64,000 bases of DNA. It comes from Alistipes sp. (GTDB taxonomy: Bacteria > Bacteroidota > Bacteroidia > Bacteroidales > Rikenellaceae). The notes beneath the pieces were generated by a model. The model worked only from the letters and a program-made list of their open reading frames with translations, did not search any database and was not told the DNA's origin. The stretch is taken from the NCBI GenBank assembly GCA_017631285.1, contig JAGBTO010000098.1, positions 598 to 64,597 on the forward strand, given 5' to 3'. Shown here piece by piece: positions 9,120 through 18,477 of the stretch (within the stretch, counting starts at the first letter, position 1; the number at the start of each line of letters is the position of its first letter). Position numbers and translations under genes: made by a program.

Positions 9120-11006
9120 TTACATCATCAACTGACAAACAATCACATATAAGAGATTTTCAGCCTCATCTATGAACAATAACGCAGCAGTCTGGCCAAT
9201 ACCAGATTCAGCCATTCTGATAGACTGGAACTCCATACCATATTCGTATGTAAGCCATGCAGCCTCATCAAGAGGTTCGCAGCGCATAGGTAAGTTCTTA
9301 AACATTGACATTGTTGGGTTAGGCTGAGTGTAAATCAAAGCATATACAGGAACACCAAACTCGCTATACTTCTGGTAGATATCACCCTCAGTAAGCTGCA
9401 TAAGATATGTACCATCCATCTCTGCACCATAGTCCATATAGAACTGAGGAGCGCCACTGTCGTTACCGCCACCACCTGCGTTATTAGAGTAGTGGAAGTA
9501 GATAGCCGAACATGTACCGTCATTGTACTTAACCAATACAACTGCCTCGTACTCACCTGTAGGACCTACTGACTCCTCGGCTGAAGCCGCTGTAAGATCT
9601 GTCACCAACTTGAAGCTTGATACGCCATCCTCGCTTGTATAGAATACATCAACATTAACCCACGATGACTCGGTGATATTCACAAAGTTACCTGCCAAAT
9701 TATATGCAAATACCTCGTATGACTCAATAGGACGAGAGCTCTTAAAATTACTACTTTCTGAGGCATACTCAGCCCACTCACCAAAGTAAGAGATGTCGTA
9801 CTTGCTACCAATTTGATAGTCGCTCAAAGCACCCTCGGTAAACCAGAAATTAACATCGGCACCAGCCTCGGCGAATGTTGTGCATTCCGTATCAACATAA
9901 CCAGCTGAAATTGTAGCAGGCTGTGAGTGCTGAGTAACTGTTGTTACAAAGTAATCAGCATAAGCCTCATTAACCTGACCCTCAACAACCAAGTCAGCAA
10001 GATTCTCAACAGTAACTGCAGCAGGAATAGCAAATACATAAGCTACACGAGCAGCTGCACCCTCGTTAGCAGATGCGCTGATAGATACCTCACGCTCCTG
10101 AATTGATGTGCCCTCGGCATCCCATGAATCCTCGATTGTAATCCATGATGCCTGGCTACCATCAGTTGCGATAGCAACAATCTGAACATCCTTATCTGAA
10201 CGGATATAACCAGTAGCAGGCTCATCCTCGCCATCGAAAGTGAAGAATACTTCATCGAAAGCTGCTGACATCACCTTTGAAGTACCTGCGATTGAGAGGG
10301 TGATAGTAGCACCTATCTTCTCCTCGTTACCAGCATCGATGAACTTAACATCTGCTGTAGTATCAGCTGATGGAAGATTGTTGCTATCAGCAGTAAATAC
10401 CAACTCAACAGCTGTATTAGCCTCACCACCATTAGCTGCAGCCATCCACTCAGGACCTACAACGCTAAATGCGAAGTTTGAAACAACCTTTACAGGAGCA
10501 AGGAAGTCACCCCATACATCAACAAATGAAACAGCATCAACAGCCTCCTCAGCGTAAACATACTTACCAGCCTCCTTAACGAATGAGCCATAGTTGTTTA
10601 CCTTAGCTGGGTAAACCTTCACCTCGCGAGCAATCTTCTCAACTGTAACTGTAGCGACAGTCTTTGTCTGACCACCCATAGTCAAATTAACATCACAAGT
10701 GCGGTCAGCATCGAAATCTACGAACTGCTCGGCAAAAATTGTGATAGTGTACTCTCCTGGCTGACCCTGCATAGTGTAAACCTTAGCCTCACCATCCTTG
10801 ATATAGAAATCAGTCTTGTTAGAAAGCTCCAACGCCCACTTCACATTAGGAGTGATAGTGATTGTTTGAGAGCCATTTGACTCCATCGATGGAGTCTGAA
10901 TCTCCGACGGAAACTCAGGGACGATTGGCTCATCCTCAGAGCATGCAGTGAAGAGCATAGCGAAGCTCAACAAACCGCACATTAAAAATAAAATGTTCTT
11001 TTTCAT
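9120..11006 (-). CDS. Acidic surface lipoprotein with BACON/Ig-like repeats (DUF5003-like)
   Basis: Lipobox FTAC-SEDE; beta-rich repeats; SusE-like position in the locus. Confidence 0.6.
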   Translation of the reverse strand: MKKNILFLMCGLLSFAMLFTACSEDEPIVPEFPSEIQTPSMESNGSQTITITPNVKWALELSNKTDFYIKDGEAKVYTMQGQPGEYTITIFAEQFVDFDADRTCDVNLTMGGQTKTVATVTVEKIAREVKVYPAKVNNYGSFVKEAGKYVYAEEAVDAVSFVDVWGDFLAPVKVVSNFAFSVVGPEWMAAANGGEANTAVELVFTADSNNLPSADTTADVKFIDAGNEEKIGATITLSIAGTSKVMSAAFDEVFFTFDGEDEPATGYIRSDKDVQIVAIATDGSQASWITIEDSWDAEGTSIQEREVSISASANEGAAARVAYVFAIPAAVTVENLADLVVEGQVNEAYADYFVTTVTQHSQPATISAGYVDTECTTFAEAGADVNFWFTEGALSDYQIGSKYDISYFGEWAEYASESSNFKSSRPIESYEVFAYNLAGNFVNITESSWVNVDVFYTSEDGVSSFKLVTDLTAASAEESVGPTGEYEAVVLVKYNDGTCSAIYFHYSNNAGGGGNDSGAPQFYMDYGAEMDGTYLMQLTEGDIYQKYSEFGVPVYALIYTQPNPTMSMFKNLPMRCEPLDEAAWLTYEYGMEFQSIRMAESGIGQTAALLFIDEAENLLYVIVCQLMM

Positions 11007-11068
11007 AGCTATTAATTTTTGAACTATAATAATAAAGATTTAATATTTTCACCTTATCTTCTTATTGA

Positions 11069-11977
11069 CTACATGCCATTCTCACGCTGAAGTCGCTCGG
11101 CCTCCTCGTCGCTTATCCACTCAAGAATGTTGTAGAAGTGACCTACGGTACCTACCGCCTGACCAAGATTCTCAACATAGACATGGTTCCACAACTCAAC
11201 AAAACGCTGACATGAGTTGAAGTATGATGGATAGTAACGACTGTGTGTAGTGAGGATATGGTTATCACCCAAAATCTGACCAAACACAGAAGCCTCATCG
11301 CTCAACACCTGATCCTTATCCATCGTAACCAATGGATTGGCAGGGTTCTCGGGGTTGAATGTAATGGTGAGATCATAACCATCATAGAAACAGCTACGCA
11401 AAATAACGGTATTCTCCTCGGTAGGATGTGCCTCGGTACGAATCAAACGCTGATAGCCTGCGTTATCGCCCGGATAGTCACGCAACAAGAGCGATGTGAT
11501 GATACACCATCCTGTGAAGTTGTTTCTATCAAATGGGCAACCTTTATACATAACTACGTTGGTTTGGTCACTACCCTCATATAAATCCCACTTGAGCTGC
11601 TCGGGCATAACCAACTTCAAAACGAAGCCCAAGGAATCAGTAGCCTCAATATTCTCGTAGTTACCTGCGACCTTCACGTCAGCAACAAGTTTGCCAGCTG
11701 GGATTGTTACACTATTGCTCAAGAGACGATAGTGCTTACCCTCAACTGCATTGCTACCCTTATCAATAATCTCGACACCGAATGTGCGGTCATAGTCACA
11801 CGCTATGGTAGATGAAACAGGAACAGTGAAATACTCTTGGTCAGAAAGTACCATGTTGATTGACTGCTCCTGAGCAAACATCACATACTCTGCATCAGAA
11901 TATGTAACATACTCCTCGTCGCACGATACAAACCCCAGAGTCAGGGCAAGAGCTAAAATCAAATATATCTTTTTCAT
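11069..11977 (-). CDS. SusE-positioned surface lipoprotein (DUF4984-like, Calx-beta-like N-terminus)
   Basis: Lipobox FVSC-DEE; SNAVEGKHY...SVTIPAG Calx-beta-like motif; directly after susD. Confidence 0.65.
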   Translation of the reverse strand: MKKIYLILALALTLGFVSCDEEYVTYSDAEYVMFAQEQSINMVLSDQEYFTVPVSSTIACDYDRTFGVEIIDKGSNAVEGKHYRLLSNSVTIPAGKLVADVKVAGNYENIEATDSLGFVLKLVMPEQLKWDLYEGSDQTNVVMYKGCPFDRNNFTGWCIITSLLLRDYPGDNAGYQRLIRTEAHPTEENTVILRSCFYDGYDLTITFNPENPANPLVTMDKDQVLSDEASVFGQILGDNHILTTHSRYYPSYFNSCQRFVELWNHVYVENLGQAVGTVGHFYNILEWISDEEAERLQRENGM

Positions 11978-11989
11978 ATATGTTTCGGT

Positions 11990-13534
11990 TTATTTATTGC
12001 TTTCATTAGGTTGAACCTCCGAGCCTGGTGCCTCAATCTCATGTTGAGGAATAGGCCATACAAACAATGGATGGTCGGCCTTAATCTTCAACGAGCTACC
12101 CTCCTCCAGCGTATTGCTCTGAGGCTTACGCTCGAAGCCCTCGCCATTGTTGTAGAGCTTGCCCCAACGCTTCAAATCATTAAGGCGGAAACCCTCCATA
12201 TAAAGCTCACGCACACGCTCCTCGGCAATTGCCTGAATACAGTTAGCCTCGGTAAGTGCTACTGAGCCTCCCGACACAAAACGTGTATCGCGCAATGCAG
12301 CAAGATCCTTAGAAGCCAAAGCGTAGTTAGGTTCAGCCTTGCGGCAATAAGCCTCGGCACGAATCAAATACTGCTCAGCCAAACGGAATGGCTTTGGCAT
12401 AGTAATGTGGCAATATTGTGGAGATACGCTCATAAACTCCTGATTACCATAATACTTAACAAGTAAAGGCCATGTCAGATTATGATCATATCCCGTAGTA
12501 AAATCGGCAAAGTATGCTCGATAACGCATATCGCTTGATGAGTACAAGTCCAATACCCACTGAGCAGGTACATAGTCAGGATAGTAGTAAGTGTAATCGT
12601 TATTGAAGTTCAAGAACACCTGACCCAACGCACCACCATAAGATGTGGTTGTAAAACCTAACTGCCAGATAACCTCAGTACCCAAATCATACTGCCACAT
12701 ATAATCGAAGAATGACAAACCTCCGGTATAGGCCACATTTGCAGCCGACAATGAGTAAGCATTATTCTTGTGGTCAATAAGCTTTGACGAATACTTGATG
12801 GCATTGTCCCAATCCTGCATATTTAGTGCTACACGAGCATGCAAAGCATGAGCTACACCCTTGGTGATATAGTATGAGCTGTAAGAATCATATTCCTCAT
12901 CCAGGAGCTCCTCGGCCTTAGCCAAATCGCCCAATACGAATTGATAGCTATCATACAATGAAGCACGACGTGCAGGCTCCTTCTCTGAATACTTCTTGCG
13001 AAGAACCACACCCAGCTCATTCGCAGCTGTAGCAGGGTCGTATGCCTTGCAGAAGTTCTTCAAGAGTTCAGAATAAGCCAACGCACGAATAGTATAAACC
13101 TCACCTGTATAGTATTCCAATGTTGTGATACGCTCATCATCGGTCTGCTTGGCAACAACCTTACCGATATTCTCCAAGTAGAAGTTACAGTTTGAAATTA
13201 CACTGTAAAGACCTGCATACACCGACTCAATCTCGGCATTCGTAGGACGTATATCCCACTGCCAGAAGTTACCATAAACGTTGGTATAACCATCCACAGC
13301 ATATACCAAATCGGTCTGAATATCAGGGAGCAATGTTAGATAACCACTAAAAAGTGAACTGCTCTTTAACAACGCATAGATACCTGTTACGGTCTGCTCA
13401 GCATCTTCGTATGTCTGCATTGCCTTGTTAATAGGTATAGCCGAACTTGGCTCCTTATCAAGACACGATGACATCGTAAACCAAGCCAATACTATGGCTA
13501 ACGTTACCTTTATATTATATAATGTATTCTTCAT
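11990..13534 (-). CDS. susD: SusD/RagB family outer-membrane lipoprotein
   Basis: Lipobox MSSC; GEVYTIRALAY, FRLAEQYLIRAEA, EERVRELYMEGFRLNDLKRW and WPIPQHEI motifs. Confidence 0.95.
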   Translation of the reverse strand: MKNTLYNIKVTLAIVLAWFTMSSCLDKEPSSAIPINKAMQTYEDAEQTVTGIYALLKSSSLFSGYLTLLPDIQTDLVYAVDGYTNVYGNFWQWDIRPTNAEIESVYAGLYSVISNCNFYLENIGKVVAKQTDDERITTLEYYTGEVYTIRALAYSELLKNFCKAYDPATAANELGVVLRKKYSEKEPARRASLYDSYQFVLGDLAKAEELLDEEYDSYSSYYITKGVAHALHARVALNMQDWDNAIKYSSKLIDHKNNAYSLSAANVAYTGGLSFFDYMWQYDLGTEVIWQLGFTTTSYGGALGQVFLNFNNDYTYYYPDYVPAQWVLDLYSSSDMRYRAYFADFTTGYDHNLTWPLLVKYYGNQEFMSVSPQYCHITMPKPFRLAEQYLIRAEAYCRKAEPNYALASKDLAALRDTRFVSGGSVALTEANCIQAIAEERVRELYMEGFRLNDLKRWGKLYNNGEGFERKPQSNTLEEGSSLKIKADHPLFVWPIPQHEIEAPGSEVQPNESNK

Positions 13535-13540
13535 CGCTCA

Positions 13541-16501
13541 TTAGAATGTTAAGTCAAGACCAAAAGTAAACTGACGCGACATAGGATATTGTGCCGCATA
13601 AATATTAGATGTACCCTCTGGATCTAAGCCCGAGAACTTAGAGAATGTAAAGAGATTCTGTGCCTGAGCATATACTCTTACGCCACTGATGACACGTGTC
13701 TTCTTCAACAAGTTGGAAGGTAACGAGTAGCTAAGCATAACATTCTTCAAACGCAAGAACGATGCATCCTCCAACAAACGGCTGTCAAACTCGGTGTACT
13801 CGCCATGACGTGGGATGTCGGTCACATCGCCAGGCTCCTTCCATCGTTTCAACAGACGTGCCGACTGGTTGTATGATGCAAAACGACCATTTGACTCATC
13901 AAAATAGCGGTCATTGTTGATCATCCAACGATCTGCCACCCAGCTAAACTGAGCCGAGAGTGCAAGACCCTTCCAACTCAAAGCTGTACCAAAACCACCC
14001 TGCCATGGAGCGTGGTAGCTCTTGCCAATCAACACCTTATCCTCATCACGAAGCTCGGTAGTGAGCTCGCCATTCTTGTCATACCACAGGGCATCACCAT
14101 TGGCTGGATTGACACCTGCGTAGCGGTTGATGTAGAACTCACCCAAAGGACGACCTACAACCAACTTGGTATTGGTATTAGAACGTTCATACTCCTTCAC
14201 GCCATTGTAAAGTTCAACAATCTCGTTGTGATTATACGAAGCGTTAGCATTTACCGACCAATTGAATGTCTTAGTTGCTATGAGTGTAGCATTTACATTC
14301 AACTCAGCACCAGCATTTACCATCACACCTACGTTGTCCCAATAGTAACCATAGCCTGTTGTGGCATAAGGTGCTGGCACCTCCATCAACATATCTGATG
14401 TACGCTTGTAGTAGAGTTCCAAATCGACATTCAAACGATTCCAAAAACCTGCGTGGATAGCGAAGTTTGAAGTCCAAGGCTTCTCCCAACCTAAATTCTC
14501 ATTTCCTGGCTGCATCAACGCCACACCAGCATCACCCACGTAGTCCAAGCCGCCACCGACTAAAGCCATGTGTTCGTAGTTTGGAATTGACGAGTTACCT
14601 GATGTACCGGTAGATACCGAAATCTGAGCATTTGTAAGCCAACGCGATGCAGAATCCATAAACTTCTCGTTACGCATATCCCACATAAAACCTACTGACC
14701 AGAATGCAGCCCAGCGACGCGATGTACCGAAACGCGATGAACCATCGGCACGCACAGCAGCCTCAACAAAGTAGGTGTTACGGAAGTTATACTCGCCACG
14801 CGAGAAGAACGACAAAAAGCCATAATCAGAATCAGTTGTGTCGCTCCATGATGTTGCACGTGTACCTGTCGAGATATTTGTCAGGCGGTCGTTATTCTGA
14901 CCCTTAGTCATTAAGCTGAATGCTTCATAGTGGTAATCAATACCCTCGTGACCAACCATAAAGTTGAACGAATGATCGCTATTTACATCAAAATGATAGT
15001 TTGCTGTATTGGTAATTGTTAAGGTGTGGCCATCGGTTGTAGAGCGTGACGCCGAGCCTTGTCCCTGATTTGGAGCATAGCTTGGGTACGATACGCCGAA
15101 ACCTGTAGTATGAGAGTAATCAATACCAAACTGAGAACGCAATGTCAAGCCCTTGATAGGTGTTGCCTCGGCAAATACTGTCGATATCAGCTTATACTTT
15201 TTATAAGTCACAGGATTGTTCTTAAGCCACTCCAATGGGTTCTGACCCTGACCTTTCCACGAGCCATCCTTTATGGAAGCAATTGAACCATCGGCACGGT
15301 GTGGATTCCAATAAGGCATCATAAAACGTGCTGCCGAGATTGGAGTAACCAATGTATAAGACCCCTCGTCGGCCTGCTGTATATTTTGGAAGTTAAGCAT
15401 TGTATTGCCACCCACCTTAAGCCATGCCGCTGCCTTGCGGTCGAAATTCGCACGCATAGAGTAACGCTCGAACATTGAACCCAATGCTGTACCATCCTGG
15501 CTGTAATAACCGCCTGAGATATAGTAGCTGTTCTTCTCGTCTGCACCCGATACTGCAAGCTCGTGACTCTGCAACATAGCCGATGAGTTGAAGACCTTAT
15601 CCATCCAATTGACATTGATCTTGCTCAAGACATTGTAGTTCTGCCCCTCGGTCATGCCAATCTCCTTCTCATAGGCGATACGCTCTGGTGTGGTCATCAA
15701 ATCCCACTTACCGCTTGCCACCTGCGAGAATCCCATCTGCATACGATACTCGATGCGTGGACGCTCAGCCATACGACCTCGTTTGGTTTGAATCACGATA
15801 ACACCATTAGCTGCACGAGCACCGTAGATTGAAGTAGATGACGCATCCTTCAACACGGTCAAAGATTCGATGTCAGCAGGATTGATAGTGTTGAAATCGC
15901 TGCTCGAGATAGGCACGCCATCCAAAATGTAGAGGGGCGCTGTACCTGAGTTGATTGAATTTGTACCACGTATTGTCATCACAGCTGAAGCACTTGGCTC
16001 ACCCGTATTTGACAAAACCGACAAACCCGCAACCTGACCCTGCAAAGCCTGGTCGAATGCAGCTGTAGGTGTAGATTCAATCTTCTCGGTCTTTACCGAT
16101 GATATTGAACCTGCTACGGTACCCTTCTTTCTTACACCGTAAGCAATAACCACAACATCGTCGATAGACTCCGTTTCAGGGTTCATCTCCAAATTAAACT
16201 TAACCTCGCTCTTGTCTGTTGGGACGGTATAGTCCACAGTTTGAAAACCAAGATACGAGAACTGAAGCACCGTACCACCCTTTACTGTGATGCTGTATGC
16301 ACCATCAATATCGGAGGTCACTCCTTGCATTTCTCCGGCAACAATCGAAACTCCAATCAGAGGCAACTTATCCTCAGCCGAGATGATTGTTCCGCTAACG
16401 GTCACATTTGCTCCACCCTGCGCAAAAGCATGATGTGGCACGACACTGAAAAGTGCCAGCAACAGACCCAAAAACAGTTTGTATAAATCCTTTTTTCGCA
16501 T
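13541..16501 (-). CDS. susC: SusC/RagA TonB-dependent transporter
   Basis: PLYILDG, INPADIESLTVLKDASSTSIYGARAANGVIVIQTKRG signature; C-terminal YPMSRQFTFGLDLTF. Confidence 0.97.
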   Translation of the reverse strand: MRKKDLYKLFLGLLLALFSVVPHHAFAQGGANVTVSGTIISAEDKLPLIGVSIVAGEMQGVTSDIDGAYSITVKGGTVLQFSYLGFQTVDYTVPTDKSEVKFNLEMNPETESIDDVVVIAYGVRKKGTVAGSISSVKTEKIESTPTAAFDQALQGQVAGLSVLSNTGEPSASAVMTIRGTNSINSGTAPLYILDGVPISSSDFNTINPADIESLTVLKDASSTSIYGARAANGVIVIQTKRGRMAERPRIEYRMQMGFSQVASGKWDLMTTPERIAYEKEIGMTEGQNYNVLSKINVNWMDKVFNSSAMLQSHELAVSGADEKNSYYISGGYYSQDGTALGSMFERYSMRANFDRKAAAWLKVGGNTMLNFQNIQQADEGSYTLVTPISAARFMMPYWNPHRADGSIASIKDGSWKGQGQNPLEWLKNNPVTYKKYKLISTVFAEATPIKGLTLRSQFGIDYSHTTGFGVSYPSYAPNQGQGSASRSTTDGHTLTITNTANYHFDVNSDHSFNFMVGHEGIDYHYEAFSLMTKGQNNDRLTNISTGTRATSWSDTTDSDYGFLSFFSRGEYNFRNTYFVEAAVRADGSSRFGTSRRWAAFWSVGFMWDMRNEKFMDSASRWLTNAQISVSTGTSGNSSIPNYEHMALVGGGLDYVGDAGVALMQPGNENLGWEKPWTSNFAIHAGFWNRLNVDLELYYKRTSDMLMEVPAPYATTGYGYYWDNVGVMVNAGAELNVNATLIATKTFNWSVNANASYNHNEIVELYNGVKEYERSNTNTKLVVGRPLGEFYINRYAGVNPANGDALWYDKNGELTTELRDEDKVLIGKSYHAPWQGGFGTALSWKGLALSAQFSWVADRWMINNDRYFDESNGRFASYNQSARLLKRWKEPGDVTDIPRHGEYTEFDSRLLEDASFLRLKNVMLSYSLPSNLLKKTRVISGVRVYAQAQNLFTFSKFSGLDPEGTSNIYAAQYPMSRQFTFGLDLTF

Positions 16502-16508
16502 AGTGGCG

Positions 16509-16516
16509 CAAAAGTA
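16509..16516 (-). promoter_or_regulatory. Bacteroidetes -7 promoter box (TACTTTTG), 7 nt before the susC ATG
   Basis: Matches the TAnnTTTG consensus. Confidence 0.7.
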
Positions 16517-16695
16517 ACACTTTATATTGAAACCACCAATCTTTTTTTAACATTTTTATGCAAATCAACCTTATCCATTACAATACTTTATATAAGGCTA
16601 TACATCCATATTAAAATCCATGCATAAATATACAGAAAAATATCACCATTCAGTATAGTTCAATATATAGTTATATAGGTTTAATCACGAAACTT

Positions 16696-16710
16696 TGGCA
16701 TAACTGTTGA
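16696..16710 (+). promoter_or_regulatory. Putative sigma-54 (-24/-12) promoter
   Basis: TGGCATAACTGTTGA: GG-N10-GA, a near match to TGGCAC-N5-TTGC, about 36 nt upstream of the ATG at 16747. Confidence 0.45.
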
Positions 16711-16746
16711 TAGGTGTATTGCAGAATAAACCAAAACAATTTAGAG

Positions 16747-17340
16747 ATGAAAAAAATTTTACTTTCACTATCATTATTAGCAGTGATGACAGCATGGGTG
16801 GGTTGTTCACAACAAGCAAAATGGGACCACAAGCAAAAGCAAGCGTTACGCAACACATTGGTTAGTTATCGCGAAATGGTTTACCTGCAAGATTTAACCG
16901 AGCCTGAGTTTACAATCTTCACCGACGGCGTTGCGGGTGACATCGAGACAGCCTACCCTGTTTATGCAACATTTATGCAGTTACCTGCGGTAGATGACAC
17001 ATTAGACATGTTTGTGGTAACTGCCATAGTTGAGCAACTTCAGGAAGATGCAAGCAACATGCGCCACTTATACCCCTACCATTCACTTGTAAAGAAGGGT
17101 ATTCTCCCCGACAAACTCACACATCAGGAACGCCACGCATTCTACAACTGCCTGGCTCAAAAAGTAAATCGCTATTACAACTCTTCAATAGGAGAATTCC
17201 TGAGTGATGTTTTGAAGTCCGACTCCACTTCGAACACTCAAATAGGCAAGTTCCAAAGTGAATGTGCAAACGAACTATTTGACTGGGTTATCGAAGTTAC
17301 CGAGGTGGATGTCATAGAACCTGCAACTTCACAACAATAA
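16747..17340 (+). CDS. Hypothetical lipoprotein
   Basis: MKKILLSLSLLAVMTAWVGC lipoprotein signal; start moved to the ATG at 16747. Confidence 0.7.
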   Translation: MKKILLSLSLLAVMTAWVGCSQQAKWDHKQKQALRNTLVSYREMVYLQDLTEPEFTIFTDGVAGDIETAYPVYATFMQLPAVDDTLDMFVVTAIVEQLQEDASNMRHLYPYHSLVKKGILPDKLTHQERHAFYNCLAQKVNRYYNSSIGEFLSDVLKSDSTSNTQIGKFQSECANELFDWVIEVTEVDVIEPATSQQ

Positions 17341-17400
17341 CAAAAAAAATGAGATAACCATCATCAATCGTAATATTACCTTTTTTCCTAACAAGCAAGA

Positions 17401-17428
17401 GGGTGTGTCTGACAATTCAGACACACCC
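17401..17428. terminator. Perfect 12-bp hairpin between convergent genes
   Basis: GGGTGTGTCTGA-caat-TCAGACACACCC. Confidence 0.65.
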
Positions 17429-17508
17429 AATTCATTTACGTTTAACAGGTTGCAAAGTTTCAATATTACAATTCATTGGTAATACCTGAAACCAATTACA
17501 ACATTCCA

Positions 17509-18477
17509 TTACTTCTCAAGGAATTCCTTGTTCACAATAACCCTTACCGCCTTCTCCAACATATTGAATCGAAGAGGTGTATTACCCAACAATTCTCCAT
17601 CGACCTCAACCATGATATCGGGCGTTGATTCTATGCGTAGTGTACGACCACGATAATGCTTGACGTGACCAATACTATATATGTCGCCATTAAACAGACG
17701 TTTCAGGCGGAAGATTATTTGCCACCAATACATCGGGCGAATAAGTGTAATATCGAACAAACCATCATCGGCAACCGCCAACGGCAACTGCTGGGTACCT
17801 CCTCCATTATACTTACCTATACCCACTGCTGCACTGAAAAGCAAATCGCTATGCACCAATTCGTCATCAATCCACACCTTCACACCCGTAGATTTATAGC
17901 GCATAAAACTCTTCACAAAGCCCTTAGCATACAAATGCTTACCTCGTTTACCACGAGCTTTGTAATGTTCATAAATCTTCGTAACAGAAGGGTCGAAGCC
18001 TACACCCGACACATTGGCCATATAGCGCACCTGATTGTATTGCGACTGCTCATAATTCACCTCGCCAACATCCTGAAGGAAAGTATAACCCTCCTTGATA
18101 GCACGTATCGCCTCGGAGTAGTTCTTTGGCAAGCCGAACATACGAATCCAATCATTACCCGTACCTACAGCGACAACACCAATAGTCACCTCGGAAGGTT
18201 TTACCTCCTGCTGAATGAAGAGTCCATTGACCACCTCATGAAGTGTTCCATCACCTCCAATGACCATAATATGGCGGTAGCCATCTTTAACAGCCTGAAC
18301 GGTGAGCTCGGTGACGTGATACTTATGCTGCGAGAAAACCAATTCGTAGGGTATTCCATTCTCGCGTATAAGTTTGGTAATATGAGGCAAATCCTCCAAA
18401 CCACGCTGAAAGCCAGCAACGGGATTCACCAACACAAACCACGTCTTCGATATATCTGTTTGCTGATGCATCACCAC
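17509..18477 (-). CDS. Diacylglycerol kinase family (YegS/BmrU-like) lipid kinase
   Basis: NPVAG, GGDGTLHEVVNG, GTGND and VDGE motifs. Confidence 0.92.
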   Translation of the reverse strand: MVMHQQTDISKTWFVLVNPVAGFQRGLEDLPHITKLIRENGIPYELVFSQHKYHVTELTVQAVKDGYRHIMVIGGDGTLHEVVNGLFIQQEVKPSEVTIGVVAVGTGNDWIRMFGLPKNYSEAIRAIKEGYTFLQDVGEVNYEQSQYNQVRYMANVSGVGFDPSVTKIYEHYKARGKRGKHLYAKGFVKSFMRYKSTGVKVWIDDELVHSDLLFSAAVGIGKYNGGGTQQLPLAVADDGLFDITLIRPMYWWQIIFRLKRLFNGDIYSIGHVKHYRGRTLRIESTPDIMVEVDGELLGNTPLRFNMLEKAVRVIVNKEFLEK

